Assembly (NCBI GenBank): GCA_963788655.1 | Contig: CAWBHS010000088.1 | Coordinates: forward strand, 192,001-256,000 | DNA length: 64,000 nt | From: an uncultured Verrucomicrobiae bacterium | GTDB lineage: Bacteria; Verrucomicrobiota; Verrucomicrobiia; Limisphaerales; JAFGQR01 | Direction: 5' to 3' | Shown: one piece after another, positions 10,794-19,236 of the stretch | How the letters are laid out: each line of letters opens with the position of its first letter | How positions within the stretch are numbered: position 1 is the stretch's first letter | Made by a program: the position numbers and the translations under genes | The notes under the pieces: model-generated | The model's input: only the letters and a program-made list of their open reading frames with translations | The model's database searches: none | Told to the model about the DNA's origin: nothing

Positions 10794-13241
10794 TTAATGG
10801 GCGGCTGGTGCGGCACTCGGACGGAGGGCCGTTAGGTTCAGTTCCACTTCTTCGTGTTCCTTCAGTTCCATCACTCGTTCCCCGAAGCCGAGGCGGACGG
10901 GGGCGCCCTCGCAATGCGCCACTTGAACCGTCAACCACTCCTGCGTCACGTGCAAGGCGAGCGATGCCTGGCGGTAGCGGATGTTGAGCCGCAGGCTCGC
11001 CAACTCACGGGGCAGGCTGGGGTTGAGCCACAGTACGTCCTGCCGCGTTTCAATGCCGGCATACGCCCGCTGCACCAAGTCCACCGTGCCGGCCATGGCG
11101 CCCAAATGAATCCCCTCCGGGGTGGTCCCGCCCTGGATGTCGGCGAAGTCACTCTGTAGCGCGCGGGTGAAGAGCTTCCAGGAACGCTCACGGTCCGACC
11201 GCGCCAGCACCCAGGAATTGACCACCTGGCTCAAGGTCGAACCATGGGAAGTGCGCTGCATGTAATACTCGACATGGCGCGGAATCATTTCCGCGTCGAA
11301 CTCGTATCCCAGCCGCTCGAACAACTGCCGGAGTTCCTCGGCCGAGAACAAATAAAACAACATCAGCACGTCCGCCTGTTTGGAGGCCTGGTAACGGTTG
11401 GGGGTGTCGCCTTCGGCTTCGAGAATGCGGTCCAGGCGCATGACCGGACCATGCTTTGGTCGGTACGTGTCCCAGTCAAATTCCTCGAGTTCCGCATAAC
11501 CTTCAAACTGGCTGATCATGCCATCGCCGTGAAAGACGATCCGCATATGGCGGGTGATGTCCTCCCACCGGTTGAGTTCCTCCGATTTCAAGGCCAGTTT
11601 CTCGCGTATTTGGGAACCGTGTTCTTGCGGCAGCAATTCGGCCAGTTCCAAGGCGCGGCACAGCACCCACACCGCCATCACGTTCGTGTACGCGTTGTTG
11701 TTCAGGCCGGGTTTGTCCAAACCGGGATATGCGTCGTGGTACTCGTCCGGCCCCATCACGCCCAGAATCTCGTAGCGTTTTAAGTCGTGGTTGAAGCTGG
11801 TGCGATTGGCCCAGAACCGGGCGATTTCGAAAATCATTTCCGCGCCGTGGAAACAAAGGAATTCGAGGTCACCCGTGACTTGATAAAATTGCCACAGGTT
11901 ATAGACAATCGCCGCATTAACGTGCCGCTGGAGGAGTGAATGGTCCGGCAGCCAACGGCCCGATTGCGGATTCAAATGAACCACCTGGGTTTCTTCGCGC
12001 CCATCGCTGCCGCTTTGCCAGGGGTACATGGCCCCGGCGTATCCCGCCTGGTCCGCCGCCCGTCGCGCCGCACCCAGGCGGCGATGCCGATATTTCAGCA
12101 GCGCGCGGGTAATGTCGGGAATCCGCAGATTCAACAGGGGGAAGATGAATAGCTCGTCCCAAAAAACATGGCCCCGGTAGGCTTCTCCGTGCCAGCCGCG
12201 CGAGGGTACGCCGACATCGAGTTCGAGCGTGTGGGGCGAGGTTGTTTGGAGTAGATGGAAGATATGCAGCCGCAAGATGAGCGCCGTGTCGGCGTTTTCC
12301 TTGGCGGCGGGATCGGTGAATTCGAGTTGGATGTCGAACCGGTTCCACAGTCGTTTCCAGGCCTGGAGATGCCGCTCGAATACATCGTCGAACGACGCCG
12401 CTTCCGCCACCGCCTGCCGCGCCGCCAGGCCGCACTCGGAGATGGCCCAATCGCGCGCGGTGAAGAGTGCCACAATTTTTTCGATGCGGATTTCTTCGCC
12501 CTCATGGATGTCCACAGTGAAGTCCTGCGCCACGTAACCCGGCTCGGCGGTCACGTGCGTCTTTACCATGAGTTGCTGGCTTTTATTAAACACCCGCAGC
12601 CGGGCCGCCAGGGCGACCCGCAGTTCCGACTGGCTCGTCTGGACTTTCAGGTGAATGGTTTCCTCGTCCGAACCGCCGCCCGCAAGGGGGACGAGATGCC
12701 GCCCGTTCAAATGGCGATAGCGCGCCACGCCGGAGTTGACCACCCGGCCATCCAGCGCTGAGCGGAACTCCATGCGGCCAGACCAGTTCTCCGGCATCCA
12801 CTTGGTTTCCATGGCGGCCAGGTGCGGATCGGCCATGCTCACCAGACGGCGGCTGGCCACGGCGGTGCAGCGGCCTTCGGCATCGCGAAAACGGATGGTC
12901 CGGAAGAGCACGCCTTCGTGCAAATCCAGTTCCTGGCAATAGGCAAGTATTTCCACCTGGCGCAGGTCAAACCACTCCCCGTGGTTGATTCGAAAATTTA
13001 ATGGAAGCCAGTTCGGCAGGTTCACCAAATCTTCGTTCTCAACGGTTCGGCCTTCCACTTCGGTCGCGAGCCGGTTGTAGCCGCCGGCAAGATAGGTTCC
13101 CGGATAATGCACGTCGTCGGCGCCGCTCTCCGGCGCCGCGCCCCGGGTGGCGAAATAGCCGTTGCCGAGCGTACACAGGGCTTCGCGCAGGCCTTCCCTC
13201 GGCGGGTCAAAGCCATCGTAAACCAATTGCCAATCGTTCAT
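10794..13241 (-). CDS. Glycoside hydrolase family 65 (trehalose/trehalose-6-phosphate phosphorylase-like)
   Basis: LREALCTLGNGYFATRG, HGEAYRGHVFWDE, GPDEYH, KQADVLML, HGSTLS. Confidence 0.93.
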   Translation of the reverse strand: MNDWQLVYDGFDPPREGLREALCTLGNGYFATRGAAPESGADDVHYPGTYLAGGYNRLATEVEGRTVENEDLVNLPNWLPLNFRINHGEWFDLRQVEILAYCQELDLHEGVLFRTIRFRDAEGRCTAVASRRLVSMADPHLAAMETKWMPENWSGRMEFRSALDGRVVNSGVARYRHLNGRHLVPLAGGGSDEETIHLKVQTSQSELRVALAARLRVFNKSQQLMVKTHVTAEPGYVAQDFTVDIHEGEEIRIEKIVALFTARDWAISECGLAARQAVAEAASFDDVFERHLQAWKRLWNRFDIQLEFTDPAAKENADTALILRLHIFHLLQTTSPHTLELDVGVPSRGWHGEAYRGHVFWDELFIFPLLNLRIPDITRALLKYRHRRLGAARRAADQAGYAGAMYPWQSGSDGREETQVVHLNPQSGRWLPDHSLLQRHVNAAIVYNLWQFYQVTGDLEFLCFHGAEMIFEIARFWANRTSFNHDLKRYEILGVMGPDEYHDAYPGLDKPGLNNNAYTNVMAVWVLCRALELAELLPQEHGSQIREKLALKSEELNRWEDITRHMRIVFHGDGMISQFEGYAELEEFDWDTYRPKHGPVMRLDRILEAEGDTPNRYQASKQADVLMLFYLFSAEELRQLFERLGYEFDAEMIPRHVEYYMQRTSHGSTLSQVVNSWVLARSDRERSWKLFTRALQSDFADIQGGTTPEGIHLGAMAGTVDLVQRAYAGIETRQDVLWLNPSLPRELASLRLNIRYRQASLALHVTQEWLTVQVAHCEGAPVRLGFGERVMELKEHEEVELNLTALRPSAAPAAH

Positions 13242-14842
13242 GACGCGTTCCTCCGTCCCCGGCTGGTGAGCTGTTCCAAAAATCGTCTGACCTCCTCGGT
13301 GCTGTCCAGCGCATAACGCGCGCCAGTGAGCCGCGCTGCATCGCGCACGACAATTCCCACGCCGCAGTCTTCCAAAACTGCGAATGCGTCTTCGTCGGTC
13401 AAATCATCGCCCAGGTAAAAGGGCAGCACTTCGGAAGTATCGAGCTTGAGCGTTTTCAACAACCACCGCACGGCCTTGCCCTTGTGCCAGTCGATTTGCG
13501 GTTGCAGCTCATAAACCTTCTTGCCGCTCGCCCGCCGGAGGTGCTCATGTTGGGCGGCGACTTGGGCCACCTGCCGTGCCACGGCGTCCACCTGTTCATC
13601 CGTGACGTTGCGATAGTGAACCGCCAACGAGAACTTCTTCCGTTCGACTTGGGCGCCCGGAATACCGTCGAGATGCCGGCGTAAGACCGCTTCCGCCTGG
13701 TCCAAGGCGGGCAGGCAGGCTTGCGCCGCGTCATTTTCCCGGTGCAATCCCAGCGGACCGGCAATCTCAAATCCATGGCTGCCGGCGTAGATGATCTCCT
13801 CGAGGCCGACCCGTTCCCGCACATCGGCCAATCCGCGTCCGCTGACGACCGCGACCGTGGCTTGTCGTGCCAGTTGCTGAACGACGACGCGCATCGGCTC
13901 ACTCAATACCGCGTCTTCCGGGCGGGCCACTATTGGCGTCAACGTGCCGTCATAATCGAGGAACACCACCATCCGTTGGTGGCCATCACCGACAAGCTGT
14001 TGCACCTCAGCTAGTGCCGACGGAAGTTCAGAGGTCATCCTTGGGGCTCCGGACGCCTTGGCGTCCACCGTTACGTCGGCCAGATCAGACACCACGATGT
14101 CTGCGCCATTGGCTTTCAGCCGTTGAGGCGCGTGCTGTCGGTCCACGCCGATCACGCGTCCAAAGCCGCCTTGCCGTCCGGCTTTAACACCGGCGATGGC
14201 GTCTTCCACGATCACAGTTCGGCGCGGTTCCACCCCGAGGCGCCGGGCCGCTTCGAGAAATATGTCGGGGGCCGGCTTGCCGTTCAGGTGCAGCCGCGCC
14301 GCCTCCACGCCATCGACTTGGGCGTCAAACAGGGACTGGAGTTTGGCGGTTTGCAGGACGGCCCCGCAGTTTTTGCTGGCGGAGATGACGGCTACTTTGC
14401 GGCCCCGGCCCCGCAACGTCCGCACGAGGGCCACCGTCGATTCATAGACTTTCACGCCCTGGCGGCGCAACTGCTCCTGGAACAGGCGGTTCTTGCGGTT
14501 GCCCAAGCCGCAGACCGTTTCCTGTTCCGGCGAATCGTTTGGTTGACCGTAAGGCAGCTCGATCTGCTGCGACTTGAGGAAACTATCAATCCCGTCATAC
14601 CGCGGCCGGCCATCGAGGTGTTCCGGGTAATCCTTGTCGATTTCAAACGGGGCAAAAGCGGGTTGGTTCTTGCGCAAACGCTCGGCGCGGTAGTCGTCAA
14701 ACAATTGCTTCCAGACGGCGGCATGGACCCGGGCCGTTTGGGTGATCACGCCGTCGAGATCGAAGATCACGGCGTCGAAATCTTGTGGGCGAATCACCTT
14801 GAGCGTTGCTGGATCAGTGGATTTTTCTCGTGACCTTTGCAC
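13238..14842 (-). CDS. otsB: Beta-phosphoglucomutase-like HAD domain fused to trehalose-6-phosphate phosphatase
   Basis: Two HAD domains: FDLDGV...GKPAPD...EDA and FLDYDGTL...SGR...GSHG...GDDLTDEDAF; overlaps the GH65 start by 4 nt. Confidence 0.9.
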   Translation of the reverse strand: MQRSREKSTDPATLKVIRPQDFDAVIFDLDGVITQTARVHAAVWKQLFDDYRAERLRKNQPAFAPFEIDKDYPEHLDGRPRYDGIDSFLKSQQIELPYGQPNDSPEQETVCGLGNRKNRLFQEQLRRQGVKVYESTVALVRTLRGRGRKVAVISASKNCGAVLQTAKLQSLFDAQVDGVEAARLHLNGKPAPDIFLEAARRLGVEPRRTVIVEDAIAGVKAGRQGGFGRVIGVDRQHAPQRLKANGADIVVSDLADVTVDAKASGAPRMTSELPSALAEVQQLVGDGHQRMVVFLDYDGTLTPIVARPEDAVLSEPMRVVVQQLARQATVAVVSGRGLADVRERVGLEEIIYAGSHGFEIAGPLGLHRENDAAQACLPALDQAEAVLRRHLDGIPGAQVERKKFSLAVHYRNVTDEQVDAVARQVAQVAAQHEHLRRASGKKVYELQPQIDWHKGKAVRWLLKTLKLDTSEVLPFYLGDDLTDEDAFAVLEDCGVGIVVRDAARLTGARYALDSTEEVRRFLEQLTSRGRRNAS

Positions 14843-15110
14843 CGTTCAACCTTGCTTGCCTTTGGAAAAGGTGCAAGTCGCCAACCGTCTTTTCCGCGGA
14901 CAGAAATCGAGAAAGTGTTGAATGGCCAACGGCACGTCGCCTCGCGGCTCGCTCTGCGCAGAAACTGACAGATCTGATCCCTCAGAAGGCGACGGCAAAC
15001 CAAGAGCCGTCCAAACGCTGACGCGACATGGCCGCTGGCCGTGCCGAATGTCGCGCCGCGCTTGAAGATACGTCGAGTTTGCTCCCGCTCTCGCGTGAAG
15101 TGCGAACCGT

Positions 15111-15473
15111 TTATGCCCGCCCCAACAGCACGCCGATTACCAGTCCGATGCCCAAAGCAGTGCCAATCGATTCGTAGGTATGCTTGCGGATGGTATCGTC
15201 AGCCACGCGCGTTGCATCGGACAACCGGCTTTGGAACTTCCGGTACGTCACTTGCGCGGAGTCCAGGGTGGCGGTCATCCGCGTGCGGATCTCACCGATT
15301 TTGGCGTCCGTTTGATCGGTGGTGGCGTCGAGCAAATCTTTAGCATCATGCATCAGGGTTCTGAGTTCGCTGAGCAGTTTTTCGTTCTCTTCAGGTTTTG
15401 CCATAAGGTTCTTCCTTTCCAGCTTAGGCCTCGACTCGGTGGCCATTGATTCGTCGTCCACCGTACGAGACAT
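15111..15473 (-). CDS. DUF883 / ElaB-YqjD family membrane-anchored protein
   Basis: ELRTLMHDAKDLL...ADDTIRKHTYESIGTALGIGLVIGVLLGR. Confidence 0.85.
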   Translation of the reverse strand: MSRTVDDESMATESRPKLERKNLMAKPEENEKLLSELRTLMHDAKDLLDATTDQTDAKIGEIRTRMTATLDSAQVTYRKFQSRLSDATRVADDTIRKHTYESIGTALGIGLVIGVLLGRA

Positions 15474-16078
15474 GGTTTTTGTTTCCAATTCGAGAGCATC
15501 AACACTACCACGCCGCCGGCAGTCGAATCTCCGCCGCGTCGCCCCTATCCTGAGGCGGCCGGGTGGTCGTTTACAGTCGCGACTCTCGAATTACTGTAAC
15601 AGCGATCTATCGGCTGTCCATCTTGGGTACGCTGGCCTGCCCGCGGATAGGTTCCGGTGGCAGATAACAACAACGCCGACAGTCTTGTCAGCTCGAACTT
15701 CACCCAAACTATGCGTCAACAAGAATGTCGGCGCACCCGCACATTCGAATCAGCTCGCACCGGCTGACGTGCCGGCGGCCCCGCGCAAGTGCCCGATTCA
15801 TTGGGCCGCGATGTTGAGAAAACCCGAACGTTGGAAACACCAACTCAACGCCCGGGTCTCTCCCCAACTGGATTGGCGCAAATCTTCCAGCGAACCGTTC
15901 CGCAGCTCTGCTTCTTGCTGGCGTTTGTTTAACCGGGCGTGCCGGTTGAAGCCGTCAGGTGAAGCGCAGATTTCAATTCGGTGCTACGCCGGGCGCCTCG
16001 CCTCATGGCGTAACAACTTCTTCCGCAACCCGCCTGGCCCACGGTTCGCCATAAGGCCTCGGCCCAAGCACCGAAGGA

Positions 16079-16252
16079 TTAGTGTACGTTTCGTTCGTGA
16101 CGCTTTTGCAGGTACGACAACCAGTGGGAATGGCTGAACGCGGCGCCATTAATTTGCCGTGGCTGCAGGAAACGAGAATTGGAGGCTCGTTCGACGCGGG
16201 CAATGGCATTGATTTCTCTCGAGTTGGTCTTTCGTCCGTTACTTGTTTTCAT
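16079..16252 (-). CDS. Putative small basic protein (57 aa)
   Basis: MKTSNGRKTNSRE... with an A/T-rich start context (TTCCTATAAC-ATG); no family recognised. Confidence 0.35.
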   Translation of the reverse strand: MKTSNGRKTNSREINAIARVERASNSRFLQPRQINGAAFSHSHWLSYLQKRHERNVH

Positions 16253-17007
16253 GTTATAGGAATTGGTGGTGACGCGGTTGGACTGGGGTCCCATCACCCT
16301 GGAATTGGATTGGGCGATGGAACTTCGAGCCGTCCGCGTCATGTTTGTTGTTGGTCTGATGGTTTCACTGGCCGCAGAGGTCCGGAGGCTGTCCTGAATG
16401 AACAGCAAGGGGAGATCCCAAAAGGCGGAGGGGGCGAACGACACTGGCAGTTTCCACGTGAGCCCGGAGGACTGTTTACGACGTGGACAAAGTGGCAACC
16501 CCGCCGCCGCGCCAGTTGCTTGCCTGAATCCATTTGAAGTCATAATCGTTCCCTGGTGGCTGAGGCGTATTTCTCTGGTTCTGTCGGCAGTTGGCATTGC
16601 GGCTGGCAACAAGTGATTTGGTTATTCCTGAACCTCGTCAGTGAATGGGGTCGTGCCGGCCATCACCACCGGATTGGTCCCGGTCGCGTGGGGAGTCAAT
16701 CCGGCCCCACCTTGTCGTCGTGACGCTCGTAGCAGAAACGGAGACTTCGGCAGACGGCACCCCAGCAAGGCTTTTAGCCGCCATCCGTTCGCTGTATCTT
16801 CGCTTTGGGCAGTCACCCGCCAACCGTTTCCAGGGTTGTTGGCTGACTGCGCACCCGCCAAATCTGAAGATCGTCGTTTCATACGCCAGCGACTTTAGCA
16901 AGCCTACAAAAGCTGCGACAATCGGGGTGGACGCCAGATTTGATTAGGCAGACTGACGAGGACGCGTATGGAAATTTCTTAGTTGCGGTAATGGTGAGCC
17001 CCCAGAT

Positions 17008-17742
17008 TCAGAGGCGGCAGTTGTGGTCGGTGGATTCCGTCCAGAGCACGGCGTAACGCACCAATTCCGAGGCGGTCTTCAGTTTGAGCTTGCGTTTGAT
17101 GTTGGCCCGGTGGGTTTCCACCGTCTTCAAGCTCAGGCCCAATTGCTGGGCAATGTCGCGGCTTTCCCGGGCGCGACCGATTAGCATCAGTACTTCCAAT
17201 TCGCGGTCGGTGATTTGCATACCCGGGTTCTGCTGGCCGTCTGGTCGCCGCCCGGAAAGGGAATTGAAGAGCCGGTCCACCAGTTGGTCGCTCACATAGA
17301 CATGGCCGCTGAGCACATACCGGATGGCCTCCAATAACTGGGGCCCTTTCTCCTGCTTGCGAATATAACCCCGCGCTCCGGAACGAAGGGCGCGTTCGGC
17401 GAAAATCGCTTCGTCGTGCATCGACAGCACCAGTACCGGCAGATGCGGGTGCAGCGCGCGCAAGTCCTTGAGCAGTTCCAAACCGCTCTTTTCCGGGAGA
17501 CTCAGATCGAGCAGCACCAGATCCGGTTTGACCCGTTCGATGACGCTGAGCGCTTCGCGCGCCGTTTCCGCCTCGCCGCACACGCTCAAGTCGGGCGTGG
17601 CATCCACCAATTTCATAAGGCCCTGCCGCAAAATGGGATGATCATCCACCAGGAGAATCCGTTTTTTGGATTTCCCCGCGGTCGGGCAGCGAGAGGCGGA
17701 TGTCGCGTTGGTTTTCAAATCCTGGGAGGCCGTTTTAAACAA
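17008..17742 (-). CDS. NarL/LuxR-family response regulator
   Basis: ILLVDDHPILRQG...LLDLSLP...LSMH receiver plus ITDRELEVL...SLKTVETHRANIKRKL HTH. Confidence 0.93.
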   Translation of the reverse strand: MFKTASQDLKTNATSASRCPTAGKSKKRILLVDDHPILRQGLMKLVDATPDLSVCGEAETAREALSVIERVKPDLVLLDLSLPEKSGLELLKDLRALHPHLPVLVLSMHDEAIFAERALRSGARGYIRKQEKGPQLLEAIRYVLSGHVYVSDQLVDRLFNSLSGRRPDGQQNPGMQITDRELEVLMLIGRARESRDIAQQLGLSLKTVETHRANIKRKLKLKTASELVRYAVLWTESTDHNCRL

Positions 17743-17798
17743 GTGGTTCCATTAGGGATATTTGTATTCGGCGCCACACTTCTTAGTCAAGGCTAACG

Positions 17799-17843
17799 TT
17801 GACAAAATGTATAAAATGGCAATACTACTCAAATGAATAGTAT
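17799..17843 (+). promoter_or_regulatory. Sigma70-like promoter with overlapping 22-bp palindromic operator
   Basis: TTGACA at 17799-17804, AATACT 16 bp downstream, overlapped by ATACTACTCA-AA-TGAATAGTAT (9/10 arms). Confidence 0.55.
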
Positions 17844-18003
17844 GAATGTAACCCGATCTCGCCGGCAGCGAAAAACAGGGAAAAACACCGCGCGGCCAAG
17901 CCGATCAACTATTCGGCAGGCTGCGGGTGGAACAGCGGTTTGGTGCGCTTACTGTGCAGTTGACTGGATGGAATACACTTGGGATTAACCGATGGTTTTG
18001 TTT

Positions 18004-18131
18004 CCCCTCACCCCGGCCCTCTCCCCCAGGGAGAGGGAGAATCGATGACCGGTTTTCTGAAAACACGATGTCCCTTGGTTTCCGGAGCGGCACCTCCATC
18101 GGTTCCCTCGCCTTGGGGAGCGGGTGAGGGA
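18004..18131. repeat. Inverted pair of CCCTCACCCC..CCCTCTCCC..GGGAGAGGG-type REP-like elements
   Basis: CCCCTCACCCCGGCCCTCTCCCCCAGGGAGAGGG, with a degenerate inverted copy CCCTCGCCTTGGGGAGCGGGTGAGGG ~65 nt downstream. Confidence 0.6.
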
Positions 18132-18224
18132 GAAGGAGCCGATTGAATGTCACCATGCGTAGTCCATCCCAAGCTCTCATCAGTATGTTACGCGGTGGCG
18201 CGATCTCAATGAAATGAACAGCTT

Positions 18225-18851
18225 ATGGCCGACACTCTGACCCCACGCCAGCAAGAGGTCCTGAATTTTATCCGGGAAACCGTTCACCAACACGGGCAAA
18301 GTCCCAGTCTCCGGGAAATTGCGCGGCACTTCGGCTTCAACAGCATGAAAGCGGCGGCCGACCACGTCAGCGCGTTGCGGCGCAAGGGGGCGTTGGCGCA
18401 CCGTCCACGCCAGGCCCGCTCCTTGCGGGTGGTGTCGCCGCTGCAAGCGTTGCGGCGTCCCGTGGTGGATATCCCGCTCTACGGCTTGATCCCTGCCGGT
18501 TTTCCCGATGACCGGCGCCAGCAGCAGCCCGAAGGCTGCCTTTCCGCCGACGTGGAAAGCCTTGGCGTCCGGCCTACGGCCCGCACGTTTGCGCTCCAGG
18601 TGCGCGGCGATTCCATGATTGGCCGGCACATTGTGGATGGCGATTACGTCGTGCTCGAACACGGTAAGACCCCGCGCAACGGCGATGTGGTGGCGGCGCT
18701 CATCGACAACGAAAGCACGCTCAAAACGTTTATGTTGGAAAAGGGCAAACCGTTCCTTCGCGCCGAGAACCCGCGCTATCCGAAACTGATTCCCGCCGAG
18801 GAACTGGTGGTGCAAGGGGTGATGGTGGCCTTGATCCGAAGGGAAAAATGA
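18225..18851 (+). CDS. lexA: LexA repressor
   Basis: LTPRQQEVLNFI...PSLREIARHFG wHTH; IPAG cleavage site; GDSM catalytic Ser; TLK catalytic Lys. Confidence 0.95.
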   Translation: MADTLTPRQQEVLNFIRETVHQHGQSPSLREIARHFGFNSMKAAADHVSALRRKGALAHRPRQARSLRVVSPLQALRRPVVDIPLYGLIPAGFPDDRRQQQPEGCLSADVESLGVRPTARTFALQVRGDSMIGRHIVDGDYVVLEHGKTPRNGDVVAALIDNESTLKTFMLEKGKPFLRAENPRYPKLIPAEELVVQGVMVALIRREK

Positions 18852-18923
18852 AATGGCACATTACCCAACTTGCGTATGACCGTCATGACCTAAACGGAGC
18901 TTTCGTTAGGCGCGACAGCGTCA

Positions 18924-19173
18924 TGGAGTGCGGCAGTCCTCTGCCGCTTTTGATGGTTGGCAGTTCGTCCGAAAGCGGCAGAGGACTGCCGCACTTCACA
19001 AGCTGGCACGACATTTCTGTGGACCTCACGAACCGCGCGCCAGCGTTTGGAGTGCGTGGAGCTTGCTCCCGCTTTCGTTGGCGGCGGGGTTACGACGGCG
19101 AACGTGCATGCAACACCTTGGCCATCACTTTTTCGTCCGAAAGCGCCGGCAAGTCGGGCGCACTCCAAACGCT
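18924..19173. repeat. Two REP doublets (REPIN-like) of the GGAGTGCG family
   Basis: Perfect 24-bp inverted arms at 18927-18950/18972-18995 and perfect 15-bp arms at 19042-19056/19159-19173. Confidence 0.8.
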
Positions 19174-19236
19174 TCGCGTTTTTCGGAGGCTACCGCAAAT
19201 TACCCGCACTTAATTCCCCGGCCATTCTGAGGTCAA

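Noticed and set aside
17905..18180. 91-aa minus-strand ORF
   Set aside because: Contains PLPGGEGRGEG, a typical translation of the REP-like repeat.
18848..19213. 121-aa ORF between lexA and the polymerase as a possible imuA
   Set aside because: No RecA-like motifs; it is the translation of REP doublets (MECGSPLPLL...ESGRGLPH).
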